A stretch of 64,000 bases of DNA. Source: Candidatus Limnocylindria bacterium (lineage in GTDB: Bacteria; Chloroflexota; Limnocylindria; P2-11E). The notes under the pieces are model-generated. The model did no database searches and was not told the DNA's origin. It was given only the letters and a program-made list of their open reading frames with translations. Shown here piece by piece: positions 30,718-40,364 of this stretch (position 1 is the stretch's first letter; every line of letters begins with the position of its first letter). The position numbers were made by a program, and so were the translations under genes. The DNA lies in assembly GCA_035935465.1 (NCBI GenBank), contig DASYXA010000089.1, forward strand, positions 9,692 through 73,691. Reading direction: 5' to 3'.

Positions 30718-31701
30718 GTGCGCGCGGTGCTCAGCCTTCGCGACATCGAGGCCGCGCGGCTCATCGTCGACCGGTACCTGCCGCGCGCGCCCATCGAGCG
30801 GAGCCCGTACCTCTCGCAGCTGCTCGGCGCAGAGATCCTGCTCAAGATCGAGACGTTCAAGCCGACGCGGACGTTCAAGGTGCGCGGCGCGCTCACCAAG
30901 ATCGCGTCGCTCGACGACGCGCACCGGTCGCGCGGCGTCGTCGCGGCGTCCGCCGGCAGCCACGCGCAGGGCGTCTCGTACGCGGCGTACCGGCTCGGCG
31001 CGCCGGCGACCGTGGTCATGCCGCGCGGCGTCTCGGACACGATCGTCGGCGTCTGCCGCGCCTACGGGGCCGAGGTCCTGCTCGAGGGGGACATGTACGA
31101 CGACACCCTCGCGCTCGCGCACGAGATCGAGCGCGCGCAGGGCAAGACGTTCGTCCACCCGTACGCGGATCCGCTCATCGTCGCGGGGCAGGGCACGCTG
31201 GGGCTCGAGATCCTCGACGACGTCCCGGACGTGGATCTGGTGATCATCCCGGTCGGCGGTGGCGGGCTCATCGGCGGCGCCGCGCTCGCGTTGAAGGAGC
31301 GCCGGCCGGCGGTGCGCGTCGTGGGGGTCGAGCCGGAGGGCGCCGACGCGGTGCGGCGTTCGCGCGCGGCCGGCCATCCGGTCGTCCTGGAGCACCCGCA
31401 CAGCGTCGCGGACAAGCTGGTCGCGAAGAGCACCGAGCAGCTGAACGTGGACCTCGCGCGCGCGTACGTCGATGACCTGGTGACCGTCACCGACGCGGCC
31501 CTCGAGGCCGCGACCTACGACTACCTCGAGCGCCTCTCGCTGCTCGTCGAGCCGTCGGGTGCGGCGGCGCTGGCCGCGGTCCGCTCGGGCGTCGTGCGCC
31601 CGAGCGGCAAGACGGTGCTCGTCGTGAGCGGCGGCAACGCCGCGGCGCCGGTGCTCGCGCGGATCCTCGCCCAGCACGGCGGCAAGGCGGCCCTTGCGTG
31701 A
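30718..31701 (+). CDS. Threonine / serine dehydratase (PLP-dependent, catabolic type, no ACT domain)
   Basis: ETFKPTRTFKVRGA is the PLP-lysine motif, GGGGLIGG is also present. GTG at 30718 (VRAVLSLRDIEAARLIV). 327 aa. Confidence 0.8.
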   Translation: MRAVLSLRDIEAARLIVDRYLPRAPIERSPYLSQLLGAEILLKIETFKPTRTFKVRGALTKIASLDDAHRSRGVVAASAGSHAQGVSYAAYRLGAPATVVMPRGVSDTIVGVCRAYGAEVLLEGDMYDDTLALAHEIERAQGKTFVHPYADPLIVAGQGTLGLEILDDVPDVDLVIIPVGGGGLIGGAALALKERRPAVRVVGVEPEGADAVRRSRAAGHPVVLEHPHSVADKLVAKSTEQLNVDLARAYVDDLVTVTDAALEAATYDYLERLSLLVEPSGAAALAAVRSGVVRPSGKTVLVVSGGNAAAPVLARILAQHGGKAALA

Positions 31702-32114
31702 CGACCACGCACCTCGGCTTGCGGATCGAGACCACGACGAAGGCCGAGACCATCGACATCACCGAGCGCGTCGCGGCGAAGGTGAAGGACGCCAGGATCC
31801 GCGACGGCATCTGCGTCGTGACGGTCGCGCACACGACCGCGGCGGTGTTCATCAACGAGAACGCCGACCCCGACGTGCGGCGCGATCTGCTCGCGACGCT
31901 CGCGCGGCTCGTCCCGGACGCGGGCGACTACCGGCACGCGGAGGGCAACGGCCCGGCGCACATCAAGTCGGTGCTGGTGGGCGGTGACGTCACGGTCGCG
32001 ATCAGGGACGGAGCGCTCGATCTCGGCCGGTGGCAGGGCATCTACGTCGCCGAGTTCGACGGACCGCGGACGCGGAGCGCGACCGTCACGATCATCGGCG
32101 AGCGCGCGGGCTAA
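31698..32114 (+). CDS. yjbQ: YjbQ/UPF0047 family secondary thiamine-phosphate synthase
   Basis: 138-aa product with ICVVTVAHTTAAVFINENADPDV. GTGA overlap with the dehydratase stop. Confidence 0.8.
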   Translation: MTTTHLGLRIETTTKAETIDITERVAAKVKDARIRDGICVVTVAHTTAAVFINENADPDVRRDLLATLARLVPDAGDYRHAEGNGPAHIKSVLVGGDVTVAIRDGALDLGRWQGIYVAEFDGPRTRSATVTIIGERAG

Positions 32115-32170
32115 ACTCGCGACCTCTAGGGGAGGCCTGACCGATCGCTACCGCCACGTTGCCGCGCACC

Positions 32171-33571
32171 ATGAGCGTCAGCGAGAAGGCTGCATCGCGC
32201 GCATTGCGCACCGCGCTGTCGCGCGGCGGCGACTGGGCCGAGCTGTTCTGGGAGCGCAGCAACACGGTCACGCTCACCCTCGATGACGGCAAGCTCGAGG
32301 ATGCGATCACCGGCGTGGACCAGGGTGCCGGGATCCGCGTGACCGCGCGCGACCGCGGCGTGTACGCGAACGGGAACGTGAACGACGGCGACGACCTGCT
32401 CGCCATCGCCGGCCGCGCGGCCGCGGCGATCGCCGACGACGGCGGCACGCGTGAGGTCACCGCGATCTCGGCCGACGTGCTCCCCCGCCCATCCGTCGTG
32501 CAGATCGACCCGCGGACCGTGCCGATCGAGCGCAAGGTCGCCCTCCTGAAGCTCGCGAACGAGCGCGCGCGGGCCGCGGACCCGCGCGTGCACCAGGTGA
32601 CCGTGCTGTACCGCGAGAGCGTCCAGGACGTCGTCGTCGCGAACAGCGACGGGCGTTTCCGCACCGACTCGCGCACGCGGCTCGTCTTCGGCGTGCTCGT
32701 CACGGCGAAGCAGGGCGACGTGCTCGAGTCCGGCTACAAGGCGAGGGCCGGCACCGAGGGTTTCGAGATGCTCACCGAGGAGGCCGTGCTCGAGACCACG
32801 CTGACGGCCGCGCGGCTCGCCGTGCAGAACGTCCAGGCCGAGCCCGCGCCGGCCGGCACGTACACGGTCGTGCTCGCGAGCGACGCCGGCGGCACCCTCA
32901 TCCACGAGTCGGTCGGGCACGGGCTCGAGGCGGATCTCAACCTCAAGGGGATGTCGGTGTACTCGGGCCGGCTCGGACAGCAGGTCGCGAGCGAGCTCAT
33001 CACGGTCATCGACGACGGGACCGACCCGGGCAAGCGCGGCACCCAGGCGATGGACGACGAGGGGACCCAGACCGGCCGCACCGTGCTGATCGAGAACGGG
33101 ATCCTGAAGACGTACCTGAGCGACCGGAAGCACGCGCGGAAGCTCGGCATCCCGGAGAGCGGCAACGGGCGGCGCGAGTCGTTCCGGCACCTGCCGATCT
33201 GCCGGATGACCACGACCATGATCCGGCCCGGCACGTCCGATCCGGCCGCGATCCTGGCGTCGGTGCAGGACGGCGTCTTCGTGAAGGGCATGGGCGGCGG
33301 GCAGGTCGACGTCGTCAGCGGCAACTTCGCGTTCGAGATCACCGAGTGCTATCGGATCCGCGACGGAAAGCAGGCCGAGCCGCTGCGCGGCGCGACGCTC
33401 GTCGGCCAGGGCCCGAAGCTCATGAGCGAGATCGACATGGTCGGCTGGGACCTCGGCTACTCGGTCGGGACCTGCGGCAAGGAGGGCCAGGGCGCCCCGG
33501 TCGCCGACGCCCAGCCGACGCTGCGCATCCCGAGCGTCGTCGTCGGCGGCAAGGTGAAAGCGCAGCGATGA
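32171..33571 (+). CDS. tldD: Metalloprotease TldD
   Basis: HESVGHGLEADLN motif. ATG at 32171. The ORF track's TTG at 32159 has poor Shine-Dalgarno spacing. Confidence 0.85.
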   Translation: MSVSEKAASRALRTALSRGGDWAELFWERSNTVTLTLDDGKLEDAITGVDQGAGIRVTARDRGVYANGNVNDGDDLLAIAGRAAAAIADDGGTREVTAISADVLPRPSVVQIDPRTVPIERKVALLKLANERARAADPRVHQVTVLYRESVQDVVVANSDGRFRTDSRTRLVFGVLVTAKQGDVLESGYKARAGTEGFEMLTEEAVLETTLTAARLAVQNVQAEPAPAGTYTVVLASDAGGTLIHESVGHGLEADLNLKGMSVYSGRLGQQVASELITVIDDGTDPGKRGTQAMDDEGTQTGRTVLIENGILKTYLSDRKHARKLGIPESGNGRRESFRHLPICRMTTTMIRPGTSDPAAILASVQDGVFVKGMGGGQVDVVSGNFAFEITECYRIRDGKQAEPLRGATLVGQGPKLMSEIDMVGWDLGYSVGTCGKEGQGAPVADAQPTLRIPSVVVGGKVKAQR

Positions 33572-34926
33572 GCGAGAAGCTGTCCAACGACGCGGCCGTG
33601 GATCGCGCGCTCGCGTCGATCAGGGGCGTGCGGGTCGATGGCGGCGAGGTGTTCCTCCGCGACGGCCAGTCGACGACGGTCGAGGTGCGCGAGGGCGAGA
33701 TCGAGAACGCGATCACCCGCGGCGAACGCGGCATCGGCGTGCGCGTGCTGCGCGGCGGCCGGGTCGGATTCGCCTACTCGAGCGACCTGTCGGCCGCGGG
33801 GATCGAGGACTGCGTCAACGCGTCGCGCGACATCGCGTCCGTGACCGAGCCGGATCCGGACGTGTCCATCGCGACGCACAAGATCGAGCCACCCGATCTG
33901 CGCCTGTACGAGCCGGGCATCGACGAGCGCTCGGTGCGGGAGCGCGCGGAGGTCGCGTTCGCGGTCGAGCGTGCGGCGAGGCGCGTCGACGCCCGCATCA
34001 CCGGGTTCCGCAAGACGACGTACAGCGACGGATCGCTGACGACGATCGTCGCCACGACCGCCGACGTCCGCGGCACCTACCGCGAGACGTACTTCAGCGT
34101 CGGCACGTCCGCGGTCGCGACGGCCGGCGAGGAGCGGCAGGTCGGCTATCACGGCGAGGCGAAGCGGCAGTTCGCCGCGATCGATCCCGACGCGGTGGGC
34201 CGCCGCGCGGCGGAGCTCGCGGTCGGCAAGCTCGGCGCGCGGACGTTCAAGACGCAGACGCTGCCGATCGTGCTCGACCCGTACATGGGGATCTCGCTGC
34301 TCGGCGCGCTCGTACCGCTCTTCTCGGCGGACTCGGTGATCAAGGGCAAGAGCCTGTTCGCGGGCAGGCTCGGCGAGGCGGTGGCCAGCGACCGGGTGAC
34401 GATCGTGGACGACGCGCGGACGCCCGGTGCCCTCCGCAGCGCGCCGTTCGACGGCGAGGGCGTCGCGACGAGCACGCGCACGCTCGTCGACACAGGCGTG
34501 TTGCGCGGCTACCTCTCGTCGCTCAAGACGGCGAAGAAGATGGACCAGCCCCCCACCGGCAATGCGCGGCGGTCGTCATACGCGGCGCCCAGCCGGATCG
34601 GTGCCGCGAACTTCCATCTCGCGGCCGGTGGGACCGACCCCCGGGTGCTCGTGAGGCGGCTCGACCGGTCGCTGCGGATCACCTCGCTGCTCAACCTGCA
34701 CACGGTCGATCCGATCTCCGGCGAGTTCTCGCTCGGCGCGACCGGCGACTACCTGGAGCAGGGCGAGCGCCGGTACCCGGTCCAGGGCATCACCATCGCG
34801 GGCAATCTCACGACGCTCCTCGCGTCGATCACCGGCGTCGCGAACGACCTGACGTTCGGGTCGTCCGGGCTCGGGAGCCCGACGGTCGTCATCTCCCAGC
34901 TGTCCGTCGGAGGCGTCTCCGCCTGA
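33568..34926 (+). CDS. pmbA: Metalloprotease PmbA/TldE
   Basis: TldD/PmbA-family product MSEKLSNDAAVDRALASIRGVRVDGGEVFL. ATG at 33568 overlaps the tldD TGA as ATGA. Confidence 0.8.
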   Translation: MSEKLSNDAAVDRALASIRGVRVDGGEVFLRDGQSTTVEVREGEIENAITRGERGIGVRVLRGGRVGFAYSSDLSAAGIEDCVNASRDIASVTEPDPDVSIATHKIEPPDLRLYEPGIDERSVRERAEVAFAVERAARRVDARITGFRKTTYSDGSLTTIVATTADVRGTYRETYFSVGTSAVATAGEERQVGYHGEAKRQFAAIDPDAVGRRAAELAVGKLGARTFKTQTLPIVLDPYMGISLLGALVPLFSADSVIKGKSLFAGRLGEAVASDRVTIVDDARTPGALRSAPFDGEGVATSTRTLVDTGVLRGYLSSLKTAKKMDQPPTGNARRSSYAAPSRIGAANFHLAAGGTDPRVLVRRLDRSLRITSLLNLHTVDPISGEFSLGATGDYLEQGERRYPVQGITIAGNLTTLLASITGVANDLTFGSSGLGSPTVVISQLSVGGVSA

Positions 34927-35030
34927 CCAAGCTGCTGAAAGACCAGGCACCGTTCCGTTTCGGCGCGGGACAGGAGTGCACGTTCCCGGCAGCGCTCGCA
35001 GCGGCCACGAAGACCGAGTACGACTGGCTC

Positions 35031-35864
35031 ATGGGCGCGTCAGGCGCGGCGTTCGACACGACGATCGACGTCGAGGGCTTCGATCCCCTCGCGGCGACGC
35101 CGCGCGATCCCGAGACGCAGAGGCTCGCGGCGCGCGCGGCCGGGGTGAGGCTCGACGACGTGCCGCCGCCGTACGACGACGAGCTTCGCGATCTCGTGGC
35201 CGCGCGGATCCGCGAGGCGATCGACGCAAGGCTGCCGCCGCTCATCCGCGGGGCCGTCGGTCCTCCCGAGTACGGGCTGATCGTCGGATACACCGACGAC
35301 GACCGGTTCCTGGTGCGCACGTTCTTCGACAAGGACGACAAGCCGAGCCAGATCGGCTGGCCCGACTTCATCGACGCGGAGCACGGCGGCCCGATCTTCC
35401 TCGATGAGACGGGTCCCCCCGAGCGCGCGATGGTCGCGAAGGGCGGCCTCGATGCCGGCCTTGCGCGCGCCGAGCGCTCCCTCGGGGCGCTCATGGGCTG
35501 GGCCACGGCGCTGCGCGACGAGGCACGGTGGGCCGATGTGAAGCACGCCGGCACCGCGGCGTTCGCCGATCACGCGATGCGCGTCGTCCTCGCGGACAAG
35601 CGGCGGGCCGCGGCCCGGTTCCTGCGCGGGCTGCGCTCGTTGTTCACGACGCCGGGCGGAGATCTGCTTCGCGCGGCCGAATCGTACGGTTACGTCGTGG
35701 AGGCGCTCGAGAAGGTCGGGACGAAGCCGTTCGACGCGTCGGTGGCGATGCGGTTCCTCGACCCGGGCCACCGCCGCGGCATCGCCAAGGCGCTGGACGC
35801 CGTCCTCGGCCACGAGCAGGAGGCCCACGACGCGCTCCGGGCCGCTCGTGCGAGCATCCGGTAG
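35031..35864 (+). CDS. Hypothetical protein
   Basis: 277-aa product with non-junk composition (YGLIVGYTDDDRFLVRTFFDKDDKPSQIGWPDFIDAEHGGPIF). No family recognised. Confidence 0.45.
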   Translation: MGASGAAFDTTIDVEGFDPLAATPRDPETQRLAARAAGVRLDDVPPPYDDELRDLVAARIREAIDARLPPLIRGAVGPPEYGLIVGYTDDDRFLVRTFFDKDDKPSQIGWPDFIDAEHGGPIFLDETGPPERAMVAKGGLDAGLARAERSLGALMGWATALRDEARWADVKHAGTAAFADHAMRVVLADKRRAAARFLRGLRSLFTTPGGDLLRAAESYGYVVEALEKVGTKPFDASVAMRFLDPGHRRGIAKALDAVLGHEQEAHDALRAARASIR

Positions 35865-35883
35865 GACATGCGGAGATCGATAG

Positions 35884-36684
35884 CTGACTGACCAGCTCGC
35901 GGCCGTCATCCTCGGCCTGGTACAGGGACTCACCGAGTTCCTGCCGGTGAGCTCGACCGCCCACCTCATCCTGGTATCCGACGTCCTCAAGCTCGACCCT
36001 GCGAAATTCGGACTCAGCTTCGATGTCGCGCTGCACCTCGGGACCGCGCTCGCGGTCCTCGTCTACTTCGCCTCGGCCTGGATCGGCCTCCTCGGCGACG
36101 TGCTGCGCGGCCGCTGGCGGCTGCCGATCGTCATCGTCGTCGGGACGATCCCCGGGGCCGTCGCCGGCGTGCTCCTCGAGACCGCGGTGTCCACGACGCT
36201 GCGGAGCGCCGTGTACATCGCGGTCGGTCTGGTCATCGGATCCGCGGTCTTCGTCCTCGCCGAGCGCCTCGGGGCGCGGCGGCGCCGGCTCGAGCGCGCG
36301 TCGCTCGTCGACGCGGTCGTCATCGGCGCGGCCCAGGCCCTCGCGCTCCTTCCCGGCATCTCGCGATCGGGCATCACGATCTCGGCCGGGCTGTTCCGCG
36401 GTCTCGAGCGCGGCGACGCGACGCGGTTCTCGTTCCTCCTGGCCACACCGATCATCCTCGGCGCGGGCGCGAAGACGCTGCTCGACGCGCGCAAGCTCTC
36501 CGGCCTCACCGCGGAGCTGGACATCGTCCTCATCGGCTTCGCGGTGTCGTTCCTCTCGGGCCTCGCGGCGGTCGCGTTCATGGTCCGGTACCTGCGCACG
36601 CATTCGCTGAGCGTCTTCGTCATCTACCGCGTCGCGCTCGCGGTCGTCATCCTCGCGGCGGTGGCCGTCGGCGCGCTGAGCTGA
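35884..36684 (+). CDS. uppP: Undecaprenyl-diphosphatase UppP/BacA
   Basis: LTDQLAAVILGLVQGLTEFLPVSSTAHLILVS...GISRSGITISAG. The conserved N-terminal helix lies upstream of the only canonical start (GTG 35947). An in-frame TAG at 35881-35883 is followed at once by CTG at 35884. Confidence 0.75.
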   Translation: MTDQLAAVILGLVQGLTEFLPVSSTAHLILVSDVLKLDPAKFGLSFDVALHLGTALAVLVYFASAWIGLLGDVLRGRWRLPIVIVVGTIPGAVAGVLLETAVSTTLRSAVYIAVGLVIGSAVFVLAERLGARRRRLERASLVDAVVIGAAQALALLPGISRSGITISAGLFRGLERGDATRFSFLLATPIILGAGAKTLLDARKLSGLTAELDIVLIGFAVSFLSGLAAVAFMVRYLRTHSLSVFVIYRVALAVVILAAVAVGALS

Positions 36685-37492
36685 TCGCCGCGAGCGCAGG
36701 CGAAAGTCCGGCCAAGCTCGCGATGGTCGCGTCCGCCGACGGCGATCCCTCTGACCGCTCTGCGCCACGATCCACCAGGATCGACGCGACCCCCGCGTTC
36801 CGCGCGCCGGCGATATCGCGCTCCCGACTGTCGCCGACCACGACCGCCTCGTCGGCGCTGACGCCGAGCCGCTCGAGCGCGATCCGCAACATCGCCGCTT
36901 CGGGCTTGCCGGATCCGATCTCCTCGGAGATGACGACGATCGGGAAGTAGCGCTCGAGACCGGACGCGCGCACCTTCGCGCGCTGGACGTCGCCGGGTCC
37001 GTTCGTCGCCATCGCGAGCCCGTACTCGCCGGCAACAGGTCGCAGCGCGGGCACCGCGTCGGGATACGGCGGCGAGAAGACCCGCTGCCGCGCGCGGAAT
37101 GCCGCGTCGAGCGTTCGGCCCAAGGCATCACGCGACGCGGGCTCGACACCGTGCGCCGCGAGCCCGCGATGCCACGCCTCGCGACGGTACTCGGGCATCC
37201 ACGCGCGCAGCCGGGCGTGCTCGGGCCGTCCCGCGGTCAGGTCCGTGAGGAGGCTCGTCGGTGAGCCGATGCCGAGGCGAAGGCATTCGGCGGCCCACGG
37301 TGACGATCGCCAGAGCGCGTGCGACGCCTCGAACACCGACCGGCGGAGCGCAGACACGTCGAGGCCGAGCTCCTGCGCGATGTCGCCGCAGCCATCGTCG
37401 AACGCCCGCTCGTAGCTCGCGAACTCCGGCACGAGCGTGTTGTCGAGATCGACGATGAGCGCGCGGACGGGCACGCCGCGAAGTATCGGCAA
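36647..37492 (-). CDS. HAD-superfamily hydrolase
   Basis: ALIVDLDNTL is motif I (DxDxT). TTG at 37490-37492 or GTG at 37472-37474. Confidence 0.7.
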   Translation of the reverse strand: MPILRGVPVRALIVDLDNTLVPEFASYERAFDDGCGDIAQELGLDVSALRRSVFEASHALWRSSPWAAECLRLGIGSPTSLLTDLTAGRPEHARLRAWMPEYRREAWHRGLAAHGVEPASRDALGRTLDAAFRARQRVFSPPYPDAVPALRPVAGEYGLAMATNGPGDVQRAKVRASGLERYFPIVVISEEIGSGKPEAAMLRIALERLGVSADEAVVVGDSRERDIAGARNAGVASILVDRGAERSEGSPSADATIASLAGLSPALAAISSARRRPPPRG

Positions 37493-37510
37493 TCGCGCTA
37501 GCGTCTAACC

Positions 37511-38299
37511 GTGGACCTCGGACTCAGGGAGAAGCGCGTCCTAGTCGCCGCCGCGAGCAAGGGCCTCGGCCGCGCGATCGCCGCGGAGTTCGTGGAGGAA
37601 GGCGCGCGCGTCGTCATCTGCTCGCGCGAGTCCGCGCGGATCGAGCAGGTCGCGCAGGACATCGGTGCCGCCAAGGGCATCGCTGCCGATGTCAGCACGG
37701 AAGACGGCTGCCGCACGTTCGTCGCGGAGGGGACGAAGGCGCTCGGCGGGATCGACGTGCTGGTGGTGAACGCGGGCGGACCGAAGCCCGGGAAGTTCGT
37801 GGACCTCGACGATGCGGCGTGGCAGAAGGCGTTCGAGCTGACGCTCCTCTCGGCCGTGCGACTCACCCGCCTCGCACTGCCCGAGCTCCGGAAGACGAAG
37901 GGCTCGATCGTGTTCTCGACCTCGACGTCGGTGCGGCAGCCAGGCTCGCCCGCCTACGGGACGCTCATGCTCTCGAACGGCCTGCGGGCCGCGGTGCACG
38001 GTCTCCTCAAGACCCTCTCGACGGAGCTCGCGGCGGATGGGATCCGGGTGAACGCGATCCAGCCCGGCCGTATCTCCACCGAGCGGATCGCGGAGCTCGA
38101 CGCCGACACCGCGAGGCGCGAGGGGATCCCGATCGAGACGGTCCGGGAACGCTTCGAGAAGGGCGCGATCCCGCTCGGGCGCTACGGCCGGCCCGACGAG
38201 TTCGCCGCGGCGGCGGTGTTCCTCGCGTCGCCGCGCGCGTCCTACATCACCGGCGTGAGCCTGCAGGTCGACGGCGGCATGCTCACGAGCATGTGGTGA
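37511..38299 (+). CDS. SDR-family oxidoreductase
   Basis: VLVAAASKGLGRAIA is the Gly-rich NAD(P) motif; NAGG and YxxxK context. GTG at 37511. Confidence 0.8.
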   Translation: MDLGLREKRVLVAAASKGLGRAIAAEFVEEGARVVICSRESARIEQVAQDIGAAKGIAADVSTEDGCRTFVAEGTKALGGIDVLVVNAGGPKPGKFVDLDDAAWQKAFELTLLSAVRLTRLALPELRKTKGSIVFSTSTSVRQPGSPAYGTLMLSNGLRAAVHGLLKTLSTELAADGIRVNAIQPGRISTERIAELDADTARREGIPIETVRERFEKGAIPLGRYGRPDEFAAAAVFLASPRASYITGVSLQVDGGMLTSMW

Positions 38300-39645
38300 T
38301 CGTCAGAGACCGCCTGCGGCCGGAGACGTTCCGCCTCCCGGTCGAGAAGATCCGTGCGGGGTACAAGAGCGACATCTACTTCGCGCGGACGAAGCTCATC
38401 CTCGAGCAGGATCGTCGGCGCGACCGCGTGACGATGCAGGTTTTCCAGAAGCATCCCCACACCGTCATCGTCGGGACCGATCACACGCTCGCGATCCTCC
38501 AGGTCGGGGCGGGTCGGTACCGCGACCGGCGGCGGAGCGACGCGCTCTTCCTGCGCTACCTCGAGGCCGAGCGCCGCGCGTACGCGCATTGGGCGGGGCT
38601 GCCGGCATCAGGCGGCTGGGAGGCGTACGCGCCGCTCGCGCGCGAGGCCTTCGAGATCTCGCACGAGCTCGCGACGCTCTGGGAGCCGGGGTGGCGGGAC
38701 CTCCGGGCGCGGTCGCTGTTCGACGGCGAGTGCGCGGAGCCGGGCGAGTCGGTCATGCATATCGACGGCGAGTACGGGTCGTTCGCGCACCTCGAGACGC
38801 TCTACCTCGGCGCGCTCGCCGAGGGGTCCCGCGTCGCGACAAACACGCGCGACGTCGTGGCTGCCGCGAACGGCAAGCCGGTGATCATGTTCGGCGCGCG
38901 CCATCAGGCGCATGAGGCGCAGGCCGGCGCCGGCTACGCGGCGTACGTCGGCGGCGCGATCGGCGTCTCGACCGACGAGCAGGGCGAGTGGTGGGGCTCG
39001 ACCGGCCTCGGGACCGTGCCGCACGCGCTCATCGCGGTCTACGGCGGCGACACGACCGTCGCGACGCTGAAGTTCGACGAGTACATCAACCGGACGACCG
39101 AGGCGATCGGGCATCTCACCGCACCCGGGACGCCCGAGGGCCACGTGAACGTGACGAGCCTCGTCGACTTCCAGAACGACGTCGTGAACACCTCGCTCGG
39201 CGTCGCCCACGCGCTCGGGCAGCGGCTCTGGGGCGTGCGCGTGGACACGAGCGAAGCGCTCATCGACAAGTCCGTCGTGCGCGAGGTCGAGCGGAGCGGC
39301 GGCGTCGCCGGCGAGGATCTACGCGGCGTGACCCCTCGGCTCGTGCAGATCCTGCGGCGGGCGCTGGATGCGGCCGGCTACGGGCACGTGCGCATCGTCG
39401 CGTCGGGCGGCTTCGATGCGGCGAAGATCGCGCGGTTCGAGCAGCTCGGCGTGCCGGTCGACGTGTACGGCGTTGGCTCGGCGCTCGTGCACGGCAGCGG
39501 CTTCGATCACACCGCCGACATCGTCCGCCTGGATGGCCGCGACGTCGCGAAGGTCGGCCGCGGCTACCGCGACAACCCGCTGTTGCAGGACGTCGACTGG
39601 AGGGCGCTCGTCGGCGAGCGCGCATGGGCACCGCCGACTTCCTGA
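38296..39645 (+). CDS. Nicotinate phosphoribosyltransferase family protein
   Basis: The C-terminal 449 aa of ORF 37819..39645 carry RLPVEKIRAGYKSDIYFARTKLILE, the NAPRTase N-terminal signature. GTGA overlap with the SDR stop. Confidence 0.75.
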   Translation: MIVRDRLRPETFRLPVEKIRAGYKSDIYFARTKLILEQDRRRDRVTMQVFQKHPHTVIVGTDHTLAILQVGAGRYRDRRRSDALFLRYLEAERRAYAHWAGLPASGGWEAYAPLAREAFEISHELATLWEPGWRDLRARSLFDGECAEPGESVMHIDGEYGSFAHLETLYLGALAEGSRVATNTRDVVAAANGKPVIMFGARHQAHEAQAGAGYAAYVGGAIGVSTDEQGEWWGSTGLGTVPHALIAVYGGDTTVATLKFDEYINRTTEAIGHLTAPGTPEGHVNVTSLVDFQNDVVNTSLGVAHALGQRLWGVRVDTSEALIDKSVVREVERSGGVAGEDLRGVTPRLVQILRRALDAAGYGHVRIVASGGFDAAKIARFEQLGVPVDVYGVGSALVHGSGFDHTADIVRLDGRDVAKVGRGYRDNPLLQDVDWRALVGERAWAPPTS

Positions 39646-40364
39646 TCCTCGTCCTCGGGCTCGGCGTCGCGGGATTCGCGAAGGGCACGGCCGGGCTGGG
39701 CCTACCGCTGATCGCGACGCCGATCCTGGCGGGCGTGTTCGGGCCGCGCGCGGCCGTCGTCATCGTGACCATCCCGATCTTCGTCGCGAACACGCTCCTC
39801 GTGCTGCAGGGCTGGCGGCGCATCGAGGTGCTCCGGGGCCTGTGGCCGATCCTGCTGGCGAGCGTCATCGGCACCGCCATCGGCGTGAACCTGCTTGCGC
39901 TCCTCGATCAGCGGATGTTCGCGATCCTCATCTCGGCCATGGTCGCCGTGTTCCTGTTCCGGGGAGAGCGCCTGCTGGGCGACCCCGGCGCGCGGCGCGC
40001 GCGCGCCGCCGGCACCGCGGTGGGCTTCGTCAGCGGAGTGCTCCAGGGAACGACATCGATCGCGGCACCCTTGATCGGCTCGTACCTGCACGCCCGCCGG
40101 CTCGAGCCGCGCGACTACGTCGTCGCCGTCGCATCGGTGTTCCAGCTGAACGCGATCGTCCAGCTCGTCGGCTACGGGCTCCTCGGCCTCTACACGCCGG
40201 ACATCGTCGCGATCGGTCTCATCAGCCTCGTCCCCACGCTGCTCGCGTTGATGGCGGGGGTCTACTTCCGTTCGAGGCTCGACCAAGGGCGGTTCCGTCA
40301 GATGATCGTGGCGCTCCTCGTGTTCAGCGTCGCGAACCTGCTGTGGCGGACCTTCGGCCCCTAA
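39624..40364 (+). CDS. TauE/SafE-family sulfite/anion exporter
   Basis: 246-aa multi-TM protein with a duplicated 4-TM architecture. ATG at 39624. It overlaps the NAPRTase 3' end by 22 nt. Confidence 0.7.
   Translation: MGTADFLILVLGLGVAGFAKGTAGLGLPLIATPILAGVFGPRAAVVIVTIPIFVANTLLVLQGWRRIEVLRGLWPILLASVIGTAIGVNLLALLDQRMFAILISAMVAVFLFRGERLLGDPGARRARAAGTAVGFVSGVLQGTTSIAAPLIGSYLHARRLEPRDYVVAVASVFQLNAIVQLVGYGLLGLYTPDIVAIGLISLVPTLLALMAGVYFRSRLDQGRFRQMIVALLVFSVANLLWRTFGP

Noticed and set aside
32714-32730. tRNA-like gttcgagtcc string
   Set aside because: It lies inside the tldD coding sequence with no cloverleaf context. No tRNA, rRNA or CRISPR array is evident anywhere in the window.
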